From Hyphomicrobiales bacterium (GTDB lineage: Bacteria; Pseudomonadota; Alphaproteobacteria; Rhizobiales; Xanthobacteraceae): a stretch of DNA of 64,000 nt. The DNA is taken from contig JAKFYI010000029.1 in assembly GCA_021730985.1 (NCBI GenBank), forward strand, positions 202 to 64,201, read 5' to 3'. Of the stretch, positions 37,630 through 47,318 are shown in pieces (the first letter of the stretch is position 1; the number at the start of each line of letters is the position of its first letter). Under the pieces are notes generated by a model, which was not told where the DNA came from, did not search any database, and saw only the letters and a program-made list of their open reading frames with translations. Both the position numbers and the translations under genes were made by a program.

Positions 37630-38673
37630 ATGCTCGATCGACGGAATATTTCCACCCTCGCCGCGGCCGTTGCTGCGATGACGGCTTGCGCCACTGCAAC
37701 TGCGAGCGCGCAATCGTATCAAACTCAGACGCGCCCCTCGGTCACCTATCAGCCGTCGCAGCCGTCACAAACCTACCAGTCGCCGCAACCGGCACCACGC
37801 CATCAGCCGTCGCAGCCGTCATCGACATCATCCAGCAGTTCATCGTCCTCCTCCTCATCGTCTTCACAATCGGCGTCACCCATTCAGGTGCAGGCCAACC
37901 AGCCGCAGAGCGGCGCCAACCTCGCGCAGAATTCCGCACGCTGCCAGAACTCGGACAAGTCGGTGCAGCCCGACGCGTCGATCGGCGGCTGCAACGCAGT
38001 GATCCAGGACACGGCCCGCAATCTCGCCGCCGCGTTCTACTTCCGCGGCGCCGCGAACCTCAGCAAAAAGGACTTCGATCGCGCCATTGCCGACTACAGC
38101 CAGGCGATCTCGATCGATCCGAACGAGGCGGACTATCTCAACGGCCGTGCCGGCGCATACGAAGCCAAGAGCGACATGACCCGCGCCATGGCGGACTATG
38201 ACAAAGCCATCCAGCTCAATCCGAAGTCGATCTACGCCTTCAACAATCGCGGCGCGAGCCACCAGCGCAAGGGCGACTTCGCCCGCGCTTCCGCCGACTA
38301 CGGCGAAGTGACCAAGCTACAGCCGAAGAACCCGGACGCATGGGCCGCGCGCTGCTGGGTGCGCGCCGCCGGCGGCCGCGAGGTGCAGCAAGCCCTTTCG
38401 GATTGCAACGAGGCGCTAAAGCTCAAGGCCGACGCTCCCGACGTGCTGGACACGCGCGGCTTCGTCAACCTCAAGCTCGGCAAGATGGACGACGCCATCA
38501 AGGATTACGACGCAGCCCTCAAACTCAATCCGAAAATTCCCGGCGCGCTGTACGGCCGCGGCCTCGCCAAGATGAAGAAGGGCGACAAGGCCGGCGCGAG
38601 CACGGACATGGCGTCCGCGAAAACCATGCAGTCGGACATCGAGGCCGAGTTCGCGCGTCTCGGCGTGCGCTAG
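37630..38673 (+). CDS. Secreted TPR protein with Q/P/S-rich low-complexity N-terminus
   Basis: Signal peptide; (YQPSQPS)-like repeats, poly-Ser; repeated AIADYxxAI TPR motifs. Confidence 0.85.
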   Translation: MLDRRNISTLAAAVAAMTACATATASAQSYQTQTRPSVTYQPSQPSQTYQSPQPAPRHQPSQPSSTSSSSSSSSSSSSSQSASPIQVQANQPQSGANLAQNSARCQNSDKSVQPDASIGGCNAVIQDTARNLAAAFYFRGAANLSKKDFDRAIADYSQAISIDPNEADYLNGRAGAYEAKSDMTRAMADYDKAIQLNPKSIYAFNNRGASHQRKGDFARASADYGEVTKLQPKNPDAWAARCWVRAAGGREVQQALSDCNEALKLKADAPDVLDTRGFVNLKLGKMDDAIKDYDAALKLNPKIPGALYGRGLAKMKKGDKAGASTDMASAKTMQSDIEAEFARLGVR

Positions 38674-38724
38674 GCGCTGAACAGCGCGCCAACGGCGCGC
38701 AGTCTCAGCCGGGCGATCGTAGCA

Positions 38725-40023
38725 TCACCCTGTGGCGAACTTGATCGCGAACAGCACCGCCAACACCAGCACGACGGGCGATGCTTCATGGATTTTGCCG
38801 GCCACGATTTTGATCACCGCATAGGTAATGAAACCGAGACCAATGCCGGTTGCGATGGAATAGGTCAGCGGCATCGAGACCGCAGCCACCACAGCGGGTG
38901 CGGACTCGGTGAGGTCGTCCCAATCCAGTTCGGCAAGTCCGCGCGCCATCACCACCGCGACGTAAAGCAGCGCTGCGGCCGACGCGTAGGCCGGGATCAT
39001 CCCGGCTAGCGGCGAGAAGAACAGCGCCAGCAGGAACAGCGCCGCCACCACCACCCCGGTCAGGCCGGTGCGGCCGCCGGCCAAGGCGCCGGCCGCGCTC
39101 TCGATATAACTTGTGGTGTTCGAAGTGCCGAGCAGCGACCCGACCACAGTTGCGGACGAGTCCGCCACCAGCGCCTGACGCATACGCGGCAACTTACCAT
39201 CCTTGTCGAGCAGATTGGCGCGGTGCGCGACGCCGATCAGCGTGCCGGCGGTATCGAAGAAATCGACCAGCAGCAGCGTAAAGATGACAATCAGCGCGGT
39301 CGTCTCGAACACGCGCGAGAAGTCGAGTTGCAGGAAGGTCGGCGCCAGCGACGGCGGCAGCGACACGACGCCGGTGTAGTTGACGATTCCCAGCGGAATT
39401 CCGATCAGCGTCACCACCAGCATGCCGATCAGAGTCGCGCCGAGTATGCCACGCGCGTTGAGCGCCGCAATCAGCGCAAAGCCGGCCAGCGCCAGAATGG
39501 CCGGCCATGCCTTGAGGTCGCCGAGCGTCACCAGCGTGGCCGGATGATCGACCACGATCTTGGACTGCTCCAGCGCGATGATGAACAGGAACAGGCCGAT
39601 GCCCGCGGACACCGCCAACTTGAGATTCTTCGGGATCGAATTGATGACGTATTCGCGCAGCGGCGTGAGAGAGATGATGAGCGCGAGCAGACCGGACACG
39701 AGCACGAAGGCGAGCGCCTGCTGCCATGTGTATTTGTACGACAGCACCAGCGTGAAGGCGAAGAAGGCGTTGAGCCCCATCCCCGGCGCGAGCGCGATCG
39801 GATAGTTGGCGTAGAGCGCCATGATCAGCGTCGAAACCGCCGCCGCGATACAGGTCGCAACGAACACCGCGCCCTTGTCCATCCCGGCGTTGGCGAGGAT
39901 CGCCGGGTTGACGAACACGATGTAGACCATGGTGAGGAACGTGGTGACGCCCGCGATCACCTCGGTCCGCACGTCGGTGCCGTGCTGCTTTAGTCCGAAG
40001 TACCTGTCGAGAAAGTCGTTCAT
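38725..40023 (-). CDS. NCS2/AzgA-family purine permease
   Basis: TEVIAGVTTFLTMVYIVFVNP, APGMGLNAFF, FDTAGT, YIESAAG, GGRTGL. Confidence 0.93.
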   Translation of the reverse strand: MNDFLDRYFGLKQHGTDVRTEVIAGVTTFLTMVYIVFVNPAILANAGMDKGAVFVATCIAAAVSTLIMALYANYPIALAPGMGLNAFFAFTLVLSYKYTWQQALAFVLVSGLLALIISLTPLREYVINSIPKNLKLAVSAGIGLFLFIIALEQSKIVVDHPATLVTLGDLKAWPAILALAGFALIAALNARGILGATLIGMLVVTLIGIPLGIVNYTGVVSLPPSLAPTFLQLDFSRVFETTALIVIFTLLLVDFFDTAGTLIGVAHRANLLDKDGKLPRMRQALVADSSATVVGSLLGTSNTTSYIESAAGALAGGRTGLTGVVVAALFLLALFFSPLAGMIPAYASAAALLYVAVVMARGLAELDWDDLTESAPAVVAAVSMPLTYSIATGIGLGFITYAVIKIVAGKIHEASPVVLVLAVLFAIKFATG

Positions 40024-40180
40024 GACAACAGCCCCCGCTGCCCAGACCGGCAATCCAAGCATAGCCGCTGCGCGGGGCGCGATCATCCGCTCTCTTGCGG
40101 AATTCAACAGCCACGATGACATGCATCGTGTTCGTGTACTGGATCTTCCGCGGCAAGGTTCGCGAGGGCGAAGGCTACTA

Positions 40181-41695
40181 CTAGCGCGCGGGCGCGGGCG
40201 TCGGCGGACGAACCACCGACCAGCCGATCCGGGTCAGCGGAAGGCGGCCCTGGAAGCGGCGCTCGAACGCGCGCGGCACCTCGGGCACCAATCCCGGCAG
40301 ACGCTCCTGGATCGCGGGCGGCGGCACACCGCGTGTGCTGGAAGCCGGCCACACCACCACGGCTCCTTTGCTGTCGATGTCCTGCCGTTTCACCCAGGGT
40401 GAGCGTTCCGGCGTATTGAGAAAGTAGAGGCTCGGGCGGTTCGGCGCCGTAAGCGCAACGAGAGCCGCGGTATGATCGTCGCCGGTCACGATCTCAAGCG
40501 GACGCCCGGTCCGGCGTTCGAAATTCTCCTGGAAAAACCGTCCCATCTCAGAGGCGGGCTGCGCGATCCGCAGATCGATCCCCAGCGTCCACGGCAGGAT
40601 CGTCACCGCCACCGCCACGATCAGAGGCGGCAGCAAAAGCAGCGCCGCCCAGACATACTGGATGAGGCGCTGGTGAACGATGCGGATGCGGTCGGGCGCC
40701 ACAACGATCACGGCAAGCGCCGACAACACCACCAGCGTCGGCGGCAGGAAGCTGTCCGCGCGGCCAGTGAACAGCGCGAGCAAGCCGATGGCGGCGGCGG
40801 GCGCCAGCGCAAAGAAAATCACATAGAGCCGCGCATCCGGATCGACCGGCGAACGCTCGATCTCGGCGGCGGAGCCGCGCGGTCCCGGCGTGAACCCGCG
40901 CCCGACCAGGAGCAGAATGAGCAACCCGCCATGTCCCGCGGCGAGCAAGCTCAGGATCGTTCCCCAACTCCAGAGGTTATCGACCATCCCGGCCAGTGGA
41001 TTCAGCCGCAGCCCGTCGAGCGCGCCGGTCTGCTCGATCCACACGAGATGCGGAAAGAAAACCAGCAGCGCGACGGCGCCGCCGGCCAGCGGTTCGAATG
41101 ACTTGAACTGCTCGCGGCCACGCCGCGTCGCCAGCATGAAGCCGATCAGCAGCCCGATCAGCACGAACCCGGAATAGCTGGTCAGCAGCAGCAGGCCTGC
41201 TTCCAGCCCGGCTGCAAGCCAATAGAGCCGCAGCCCCTGCCCCGCCGCGCGCCAGACGTGCAGCAGCATCAGCGACCACAACGCCATCGCCAGGATCGGA
41301 GTGCCGAACTCCGGCGTGGGAACGCTGAACACCGCAACGCCCGCCATCAGCAGCACCGCGGTAGTCGCGTGACGATCGCCGACCACGATACGGCCAAGCG
41401 AGAACACGGCCCAATACGTCACCAGCACGCAGATCTGCGAGAGCAGATAAACCGCGGGCATTCCACCTGCGCGAAATCCGATCTCGGCCAGCCAATAAGC
41501 AAGCGGCGGGCCGAACGGATTGCCGAGCCCCAGTTCGCGCGCCACGCCCAGAAACTCGGCGAGTTGGCCGGGCGGCGCCGAATAGAACAGCGACGGCACC
41601 AGCGTCCACAGCGCAGCCTGCGCCAGCGCCACCGCCCAGAAGAGCGCGACCGGCTGCGTGCGCAGCAATTCGATTGCCAGGGAAACCCAACGCAT
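40181..41695 (-). CDS. GT-C (family 39/83, ArnT-like) membrane glycosyltransferase
   Basis: Multi-TM; PPLAYWLAE, PHLVW motifs; directly downstream of rnhB. Confidence 0.75.
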   Translation of the reverse strand: MRWVSLAIELLRTQPVALFWAVALAQAALWTLVPSLFYSAPPGQLAEFLGVARELGLGNPFGPPLAYWLAEIGFRAGGMPAVYLLSQICVLVTYWAVFSLGRIVVGDRHATTAVLLMAGVAVFSVPTPEFGTPILAMALWSLMLLHVWRAAGQGLRLYWLAAGLEAGLLLLTSYSGFVLIGLLIGFMLATRRGREQFKSFEPLAGGAVALLVFFPHLVWIEQTGALDGLRLNPLAGMVDNLWSWGTILSLLAAGHGGLLILLLVGRGFTPGPRGSAAEIERSPVDPDARLYVIFFALAPAAAIGLLALFTGRADSFLPPTLVVLSALAVIVVAPDRIRIVHQRLIQYVWAALLLLPPLIVAVAVTILPWTLGIDLRIAQPASEMGRFFQENFERRTGRPLEIVTGDDHTAALVALTAPNRPSLYFLNTPERSPWVKRQDIDSKGAVVVWPASSTRGVPPPAIQERLPGLVPEVPRAFERRFQGRLPLTRIGWSVVRPPTPAPAR

Positions 41696-41752
41696 TGCTG
41701 CAAGCGCCGGAAGGCGCGTCCGAGAATGAGCGGGCAGATAAGCGCGCGGGCG

Positions 41753-42481
41753 CTACAGAGGCAACCGCGTTTCGCCGTCGGCCTGCTGGACCGGCGCGTA
41801 GCACGCCGCAACCGGCGCGAACGAGCGGCGATGGTGGATCGTGGGTCCAAGCCGCATCAGCGCGTCGAAGTGCTCCGGCACGCTGTAGCCCATGTGGCGT
41901 TCGAAACCGTAGCCGGGATGCGCGACGCCGAGCCGCGCCATCAGCCGGTCGCGCGTCACCTTGGCGACAATCGAGGCAGCCGCGATCGACAGCACCAGCG
42001 CATCGCCCGAGATCACCGCCTGGCAATCGCAGCCGGAATCGATCTTGTCGCGGCCATCGACGAACACCAGCTTCGGCTGCACCGGCAGAGCGCGAACCGC
42101 GCGCGCCAGCGCCCACAGCGAAGCACGCAGGATATTGTCGCGGTCGATCCGCGCGGTCGAACCGAACGCCACCGCAACCTCGGCGGTGGCGCAGATCTTT
42201 TCGTACAGCCGCTCGCGTTCTTCACGGTCGAGCTTCTTGGAGTCGTTCAGCCCGCGCGGAATGCGCGCCGGGTCGAGGATCACGGCGGCGGCCACCACCG
42301 GTCCCGCGAGGGGCCCGCGCCCCGCCTCGTCGCAGCCGGCCACTGGCCAGACCCCTCGCTTCAGCGCCGCGCGCTCGCGGCGGAACGTCGGGCGGACGAT
42401 CGCCTCGTGCAGATCGAGGCGCGAAACCTTGGCCGTTGCGATGCGACTAGTGGCGGTGCGACCGGTGACGATGCGACTCAT
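41753..42481 (-). CDS. rnhB: Ribonuclease HII
   Basis: [42 protein letters not shown]; start uncertain. Confidence 0.95.
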   Translation of the reverse strand: MSRIVTGRTATSRIATAKVSRLDLHEAIVRPTFRRERAALKRGVWPVAGCDEAGRGPLAGPVVAAAVILDPARIPRGLNDSKKLDREERERLYEKICATAEVAVAFGSTARIDRDNILRASLWALARAVRALPVQPKLVFVDGRDKIDSGCDCQAVISGDALVLSIAAASIVAKVTRDRLMARLGVAHPGYGFERHMGYSVPEHFDALMRLGPTIHHRRSFAPVAACYAPVQQADGETRLPL

Positions 42482-42552
42482 GGCGCGAACAGTGCGCCAC
42501 GCCCGTCTCAAGTCAATTGTGGCTCGTTTCCGCCGTGAATGGCGGGGACAAA

Positions 42553-42990
42553 TCAGTCCTTGAGGATCAGCCGGCCATCGTCGGTGAATTCGAAGCCCGG
42601 CGCGCAGACCACCTCCCAGGCGTGGCCGTCGGGATCGGCGAAGTAGCCGCGATAGCCGCCGTAGTCGGTGCTGGACGGTGTCCGCAGCACCTTGGCGCCG
42701 GCTGCGACGGCCCGCTCGAAGGCAGCATCGACCTCCTCGTTTGTCCTGCAGTTCCAGGCGAGGCTCATGCCGCGATAGGTCGAGGCCGGCTCGACCGGCA
42801 ACGCCTCGTCCTCGGCCAGCATGTCCCAGTGCCACAACGCCAACACCACACCGCCGGCATCGATGAACGCGATCGCATCGCCGGTCTCGCGAAGCTTCCG
42901 CTCGAAGCCCAGCGCCTCGTAGAACCGCAAGCTAGCGGCGAAATCGCGCACGCCAAGCGTCACAACGGTAAGGCGGGGCTGGCTGCTCAT
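42553..42990 (-). CDS. VOC/glyoxalase family protein
   Basis: TLGVRDF...FYEALG; [12 protein letters not shown]. Confidence 0.9.
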   Translation of the reverse strand: MSSQPRLTVVTLGVRDFAASLRFYEALGFERKLRETGDAIAFIDAGGVVLALWHWDMLAEDEALPVEPASTYRGMSLAWNCRTNEEVDAAFERAVAAGAKVLRTPSSTDYGGYRGYFADPDGHAWEVVCAPGFEFTDDGRLILKD

Positions 42991-44144
42991 CAGGCAAACA
43001 GGCTCAGTTGCTTCGCGCGCGGCTTAGGCGACGCGAAATATTCGGTGGTGAGAGACGCCCTGTTCTCGTTGAGGCCGAGCTTCTCGCAAGCGGTTTCGAA
43101 CCGCCGCCCGATCATCCAGGCGTAGGGGCCCTCTCCTTTCATGCGCTTCCCGAAGGTCGAGTCATAGTCCTTGCCGCCACGGGTATCGCGGATCAGCTTG
43201 AACACATGGGCGGCGCGGTCGGGGAAATTCGCCTGCAGCCATTCGTGGAACAGGTTACGCACTTCGAGCGGCAGGCGCAGCAGCACGTAGCCCGCGCCCC
43301 GGACGCCGGCGAGCGATGCGGCATCTAGGATCTTCTCGATTTCCATGTCGTTGATTGCAGGGATCACCGGCGCCACCATCACTGTGGTCGGCACGCCGGC
43401 ACGGGACAACTGCCGCAACGCCTCCAGCCGGCGGCCGGGAGTGGCGGCGCGGGGCTCCATCACGCGCGCGAGCTTGGCATCGAGCGTCGTCACCGAGATC
43501 GCCACCTTGGCGAGATTGCGCTCCGCCATGCGGGCGAGGATATCGAGGTCGCGCAGGATCATCGCCGACTTGGTGACGATGCCGACCGGATGGCCGGCAC
43601 GCTCCAGCACTTCGAGGATGCCGCGCATCACCTGATACTTGCGCTCGATCGGCTGATACGGATCGGTGTTGGTGCCGATCGCGATGGTGCGCGGCTGATA
43701 GCCCGGCGCCGACAGTTCGCGCTCAAGCAGTTGCGGCGCGTCCGGCTTGACGAACAGCTTGGACTCGAAATCCAGGCCCGGCGACAGGCCGAGGAAGGCA
43801 TGGGTCGGCCGCGCGTAGCAATAGACGCAGCCGTGCTCGCATCCGCGATAGGGATTGATCGAGCGATCGAACGAAATGTCCGGCGAGTCGTTGCGGGTGA
43901 TGATCTTGCGGGTGGAATCGATCGACACCGTGGTCTGGAATGGCGGCAGTTCCTCCAGGCTCTGCCAGCCGTCGTCGAACGCGATCCGGGCGATCGGCTC
44001 GTAGCGGCCGGATGCGTTGGACAGCGTGCCGCGTCCCCGGCGCCGCTCGTGGGCGACGCCGGTCCCGAACGCGTCGGGGACAAGCCCCGCCGGCGCGGAG
44101 GGCACCAACGCCGGCGGGGTTCGAAGGGCTGAGGAGCGAGCCAT
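42990..44144 (-). CDS. PA0069/Rv2578c-family radical SAM protein (spore-photoproduct-lyase-like)
   Basis: NPYRGCEHGCVYCYARPTH CxxxCxxC; GTNTDPYQP; QLSLF clamp-binding-like C-terminus. Confidence 0.92.
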   Translation of the reverse strand: MARSSALRTPPALVPSAPAGLVPDAFGTGVAHERRRGRGTLSNASGRYEPIARIAFDDGWQSLEELPPFQTTVSIDSTRKIITRNDSPDISFDRSINPYRGCEHGCVYCYARPTHAFLGLSPGLDFESKLFVKPDAPQLLERELSAPGYQPRTIAIGTNTDPYQPIERKYQVMRGILEVLERAGHPVGIVTKSAMILRDLDILARMAERNLAKVAISVTTLDAKLARVMEPRAATPGRRLEALRQLSRAGVPTTVMVAPVIPAINDMEIEKILDAASLAGVRGAGYVLLRLPLEVRNLFHEWLQANFPDRAAHVFKLIRDTRGGKDYDSTFGKRMKGEGPYAWMIGRRFETACEKLGLNENRASLTTEYFASPKPRAKQLSLFA

Positions 44145-44168
44145 GAGGTGAACCTAGTATGTGAATTA

Positions 44169-44183
44169 GAACAAAACAAGAAC
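44169..44183. promoter_or_regulatory. Alphaproteobacterial LexA (SOS) box
   Basis: GAAC-AAAACAA-GAAC = GTTC-N7-GTTC on the minus strand, about 25 bp upstream of the radical SAM start. Confidence 0.8.
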
Positions 44184-44294
44184 AAATCCGCCGATACACA
44201 AAAATCTCACCATTGTGAAGTGAACGCGCAAATTGGGCGTTGGTTCTGTGGGCGGCCGGGTAGAGACTCCGGCGAACGATTTGGAGACTGTGAG

Positions 44295-44558
44295 ATGCGG
44301 AATATCTGGTCGATTGGCGCGCTGGCGGCGGCCGCGATTTGTGTCGCGCAGCCCAGTCAGGCCTACGAAGGCCCGTGGTGCGCCTACATGAGCGCGGGCC
44401 TGGATTTCTATTCGTCGCGCTGCGACCTGCCGAACTACGAAGCCTGCCGCGCCGAAATGGGCGGAATGCCCGGCACCTGGTGCACGCAAAATCCGCGCTA
44501 CGCCGGACCGCCGGCGCAGCCGTCTCGTACGCCGAAAAGGAAAAAGCAGGCGAGGTAG
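44295..44558 (+). CDS. Small secreted 4-Cys protein, DUF3551-like (type A, copy 1)
   Basis: GGAG RBS; signal peptide; YEGPWCA..RCDLPNYEAC..WCTQNPRY; basic tail. Confidence 0.8.
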   Translation: MRNIWSIGALAAAAICVAQPSQAYEGPWCAYMSAGLDFYSSRCDLPNYEACRAEMGGMPGTWCTQNPRYAGPPAQPSRTPKRKKQAR

Positions 44559-44608
44559 CCGGTTTTTCGAGGCGGAGGTCGGACCGCCAAACCAGCGAGG
44601 AAACGACC

Positions 44609-44869
44609 ATGCAGAAGATCACACTGGCGATCGGCGCCCTGGCGCTGGGCACGCTGATCGGCGTGCAACCGGGCCACGCCTACTACGAGGGCGCCTGGTG
44701 CGCCTACGAGAAGGCCGGCAGAGGGGCGATCTCAAGCCGCTGCGATCTGCCTACCTACGAGGCGTGCCGCGCCTGGATGAATGCATCGTCCGGGACATGG
44801 TGCACGGAGAACCCGCGCTATCGCGTCGCCGAAAAGCCCGCGCGCCGCAAGGCGCGGCATACTCAATAG
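44609..44869 (+). CDS. Small secreted 4-Cys protein, DUF3551-like (type B, copy 1)
   Basis: GAGG RBS; MQKITL signal; YEGAWCA..RCDLPTYEAC..WCTENPRY. Confidence 0.8.
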   Translation: MQKITLAIGALALGTLIGVQPGHAYYEGAWCAYEKAGRGAISSRCDLPTYEACRAWMNASSGTWCTENPRYRVAEKPARRKARHTQ

Positions 44870-44894
44870 CGAACCGCGGCCAAATGTTCGACGG

Positions 44895-45021
44895 CTAAGC
44901 GGTCGCGCCCTTCGCGTTGGGGCGGCGCAGGCGACGCCTTTCCCGAACGCATCGGGGACAAGCCCCGCCGCCGCGGAGGGCACCAACGCCGGCGGGGTTC
45001 GAAGGCTGAGGAGCGCGCCAT
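44895..45021 (-). pseudogene. Chimeric junction remnant: radical SAM 5' end (frameshifted) joined to moaB 3' end
   Basis: 45021-44930 matches 44144-44052 with a 1-bp deletion; 44931-44895 matches moaB end 45806-45770. Confidence 0.85.
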
Positions 45022-45167
45022 GATGTGAACCCAATATGTGAATTGGAACAAAACAGAACCGCCGATACACAAAAAAAATCGCGCCATTGTGAAGTGAACG
45101 CCCAAATTGAACGTTGTTTCTGTGGACGGCCGGTAGAGTGTTCGCCGAACGATGCTGGAGACCTGAA

Positions 45168-45431
45168 ATGCGGAATGTCATTTTGATCGGCGCGCTGTCA
45201 GCAGCCGCGATTTGTGTCGCGCAGCCTAGTCAGGCCTATGAAGGCCCGTGGTGCGCCTACATGAGCGCGGGCCGGGACTTCTATACGTCACGGTGCGACC
45301 TGCCGAACTACGAGGCCTGCCGCGCCGAAATGGGCGGGCTGCCCGGCACATGGTGCACGCAAAATCCTCGGTACGCCGGACCGCCGGAGAAACGGTCCCG
45401 AACGGCGAAAAAGAAGAAACGCGCGAAGTAA
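45168..45431 (+). CDS. Small secreted 4-Cys protein, DUF3551-like (type A, copy 2)
   Basis: MRNVILIG..YEGPWCAYMSAG..WCTQNPRY. Confidence 0.8.
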   Translation: MRNVILIGALSAAAICVAQPSQAYEGPWCAYMSAGRDFYTSRCDLPNYEACRAEMGGLPGTWCTQNPRYAGPPEKRSRTAKKKKRAK

Positions 45432-45482
45432 CCGGATTTGTCGAGGCGGAGGTCGGACCGCCAAACAACGAAGGAAACGACC

Positions 45483-45746
45483 ATGCAGAAGATCACACAT
45501 GCGATCGGCGCACTGGCGCTGGCCGCACTGGTCGATGCGCAACCGGGCCACGCCTACTACGAGGGCGCCTGGTGCGCTTACGAGCGAGGCGGCAATGGCG
45601 TGATCAGCAGCCGCTGCGACCTTCGGACCTACGAGGCTTGCCGCACCTGGATGAACGCATCGCCGGGGACATGGTGCACCGAGAACCCGCGCTATCTCGT
45701 CGCCGAGAAGCCCGCGCGCCGCAAGACCGGGCACAGCACTCAATAA
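45483..45746 (+). CDS. Small secreted 4-Cys protein, DUF3551-like (type B, copy 2)
   Basis: MQKITH..YEGAWCAYE..WCTENPRY; signal peptide has acquired His/Asp. Confidence 0.75.
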   Translation: MQKITHAIGALALAALVDAQPGHAYYEGAWCAYERGGNGVISSRCDLRTYEACRTWMNASPGTWCTENPRYLVAEKPARRKTGHSTQ

Positions 45747-45769
45747 CCGCTGATACTGCTGTTCGGCTG

Positions 45770-46333
45770 CTAGGCGGTCGCGCCCTTCGCCTTGGGACGG
45801 CGCAGGTGCTCGTCGAGCCGCGGCATCAGTTCGACGAAGTTGCACGGCCGGAAGCGGTAGTCGAGCTGGTGCACCAGGATCTCGTCCCAGGCGTCGCGGC
45901 ATGCGCCGGGCGATCCCGGCACGCAGAATATGAAGGTCGAATTCGCCACCCCCGCGGTCGCGCGCGACTGGATGGTCGATGAGCCGATCTTGGCGTGGCT
46001 CATCATGTGAAACGCCGTGGAGAAGCCGTCCATGCGCTTCTCGAACAGCGGCTCGACCGCCTCGGGCGTGACGTCGCGGCCGGTGAATCCGGTGCCGCCG
46101 GTGGTGATGACGATGTCGATCGCCGGATCGGCGATCCAGGCACGGAGCTGCTTGCGGATCGCCTCGACGTCGTCCTCGACGATGGCCCGGGCGGCAACCG
46201 CGTGACCCGCCTTTTCGATGCGCTCGGCCAGCGTCGCGCCCGACTTGTCGTCGGCCAGCACGCGCGTGTCGGACACCGTGAGCACCGCGACCTTCAGCGG
46301 GACGAATTGGCGGGTTTGATCGAGACCGGGCAT
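45770..46333 (-). CDS. moaB: Molybdenum cofactor biosynthesis protein B
   Basis: LTVSDTR..DDKSG, TTGGTGFTGRDVTPEA, PGSPGAC, RPCNF. Confidence 0.95.
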   Translation of the reverse strand: MPGLDQTRQFVPLKVAVLTVSDTRVLADDKSGATLAERIEKAGHAVAARAIVEDDVEAIRKQLRAWIADPAIDIVITTGGTGFTGRDVTPEAVEPLFEKRMDGFSTAFHMMSHAKIGSSTIQSRATAGVANSTFIFCVPGSPGACRDAWDEILVHQLDYRFRPCNFVELMPRLDEHLRRPKAKGATA

Positions 46334-46388
46334 GACGGTGTTCTACGTCATTGCGGAGCGCGGGCGAAGCCTGCCGTGGCGGCGGGCG

Positions 46389-47318
46389 TCAGACCTGCCC
46401 TGCCCCGAAGGTGTTGCAGGCCTTCACGCTGCCCGACTTGAAGCCGGTCATGAACCACTGCTGGCGCTGGGCCGACGAGCCGTGGGTGAAGCTGTCGGGC
46501 ACGACGCGGCCCTGGCTTTTTCTTTGCAGCATGTCGTCGCCGATCGCGGACGCGGTCTGCAGCGCCGCTTCGATATCGCCCGGCTGCAGGAGCTTCCACT
46601 TCTGCTCGGCGTGATGCGCCCAAACGCCACCGAAGCAGTCGGCCTGAAGCTCGACGCGAACCTGGATGCGGTTCGACTGCACCTTGTCGCCGCTGGCGCG
46701 CTGGGCCTGCTGCGCCTTCGGAAGAATCCCGAGAAGGTTCTGAACGTGGTGGCCGACCTCGTGGGCGATCACATACGCCTGGGCGAACCGGCAGGCATCG
46801 CCGGTGCAGCCGCGGAAGCGCCGCTCCAGGTCGCTGAAGAACGACGTGTCGAGATAAACCTCGCGGCTCGGCGGGCAATAGAACGGCCCCATCGCACTCT
46901 GCGCGGAGCCGCAGGCGGATTGGGTCGCACCGGAGAAGATGATGAGCCGCGGCGCGCGGTAGGTCTGGCCCTCCTGCTGGAAGATGTTCTTCCACGTCAC
47001 CTCGGTGCTGCCGAGCACGGCTGAAACGAACTTGCCGGTTTCGTCGGTCGGCTTCGCGGTGGGGGCGCGCGGCCCTTGCTGGTATGGCGTTTCCTGACGC
47101 TGGTTGCCGCCGGTGAGAATTTCCGCGCCGCTGAGCAGCAGGCCGGGATCGATACCGAGCGCCCAGCCGAGCAGGCCGATCGCGATGATGCCGCCGATGC
47201 CGAGACCGCCGGCGCCGCCGGGCATCGGAAATCCGCCACCGCCTCCGCCGCCGAATCCTCCGCCGTCGCCGCGGCGATCCTCAACGTTGTCGCTTTGCGG
47301 CAGATCATCCCAGCGCAT
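46389..47318 (-). CDS. YpfJ-like neutral zinc metallopeptidase
   Basis: SDNVEDRRG, Gly-rich, TM, GPFYCP, AHEVGHHVQ, ELQADC, SFTHGSS. Confidence 0.92.
   Translation of the reverse strand: MRWDDLPQSDNVEDRRGDGGGFGGGGGGGFPMPGGAGGLGIGGIIAIGLLGWALGIDPGLLLSGAEILTGGNQRQETPYQQGPRAPTAKPTDETGKFVSAVLGSTEVTWKNIFQQEGQTYRAPRLIIFSGATQSACGSAQSAMGPFYCPPSREVYLDTSFFSDLERRFRGCTGDACRFAQAYVIAHEVGHHVQNLLGILPKAQQAQRASGDKVQSNRIQVRVELQADCFGGVWAHHAEQKWKLLQPGDIEAALQTASAIGDDMLQRKSQGRVVPDSFTHGSSAQRQQWFMTGFKSGSVKACNTFGAGQV

Larger units (their letters stand above)
44052..44929. repeat. Tandem duplication unit, copy 1 (~877 bp)
   Basis: Colinear with 44930-45806 across promoter, both small genes and gene fragments. Confidence 0.93.
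44930..45806. repeat. Tandem duplication unit, copy 2
   Basis: Colinear with 44052-44929; ends inside the moaB 3' end. Confidence 0.93.

Noticed and set aside
42430-42481. Short repeat at the rnhB N-terminus (SRIVT/SRIAT)
   Set aside because: Two short copies in a variable leader with an uncertain start; probably trivial
44052-45806. CRISPR array or DGR template/variable repeat pair
   Set aside because: Repeat unit is gene-sized, differences are not adenine-specific, and no cas or reverse transcriptase gene is present
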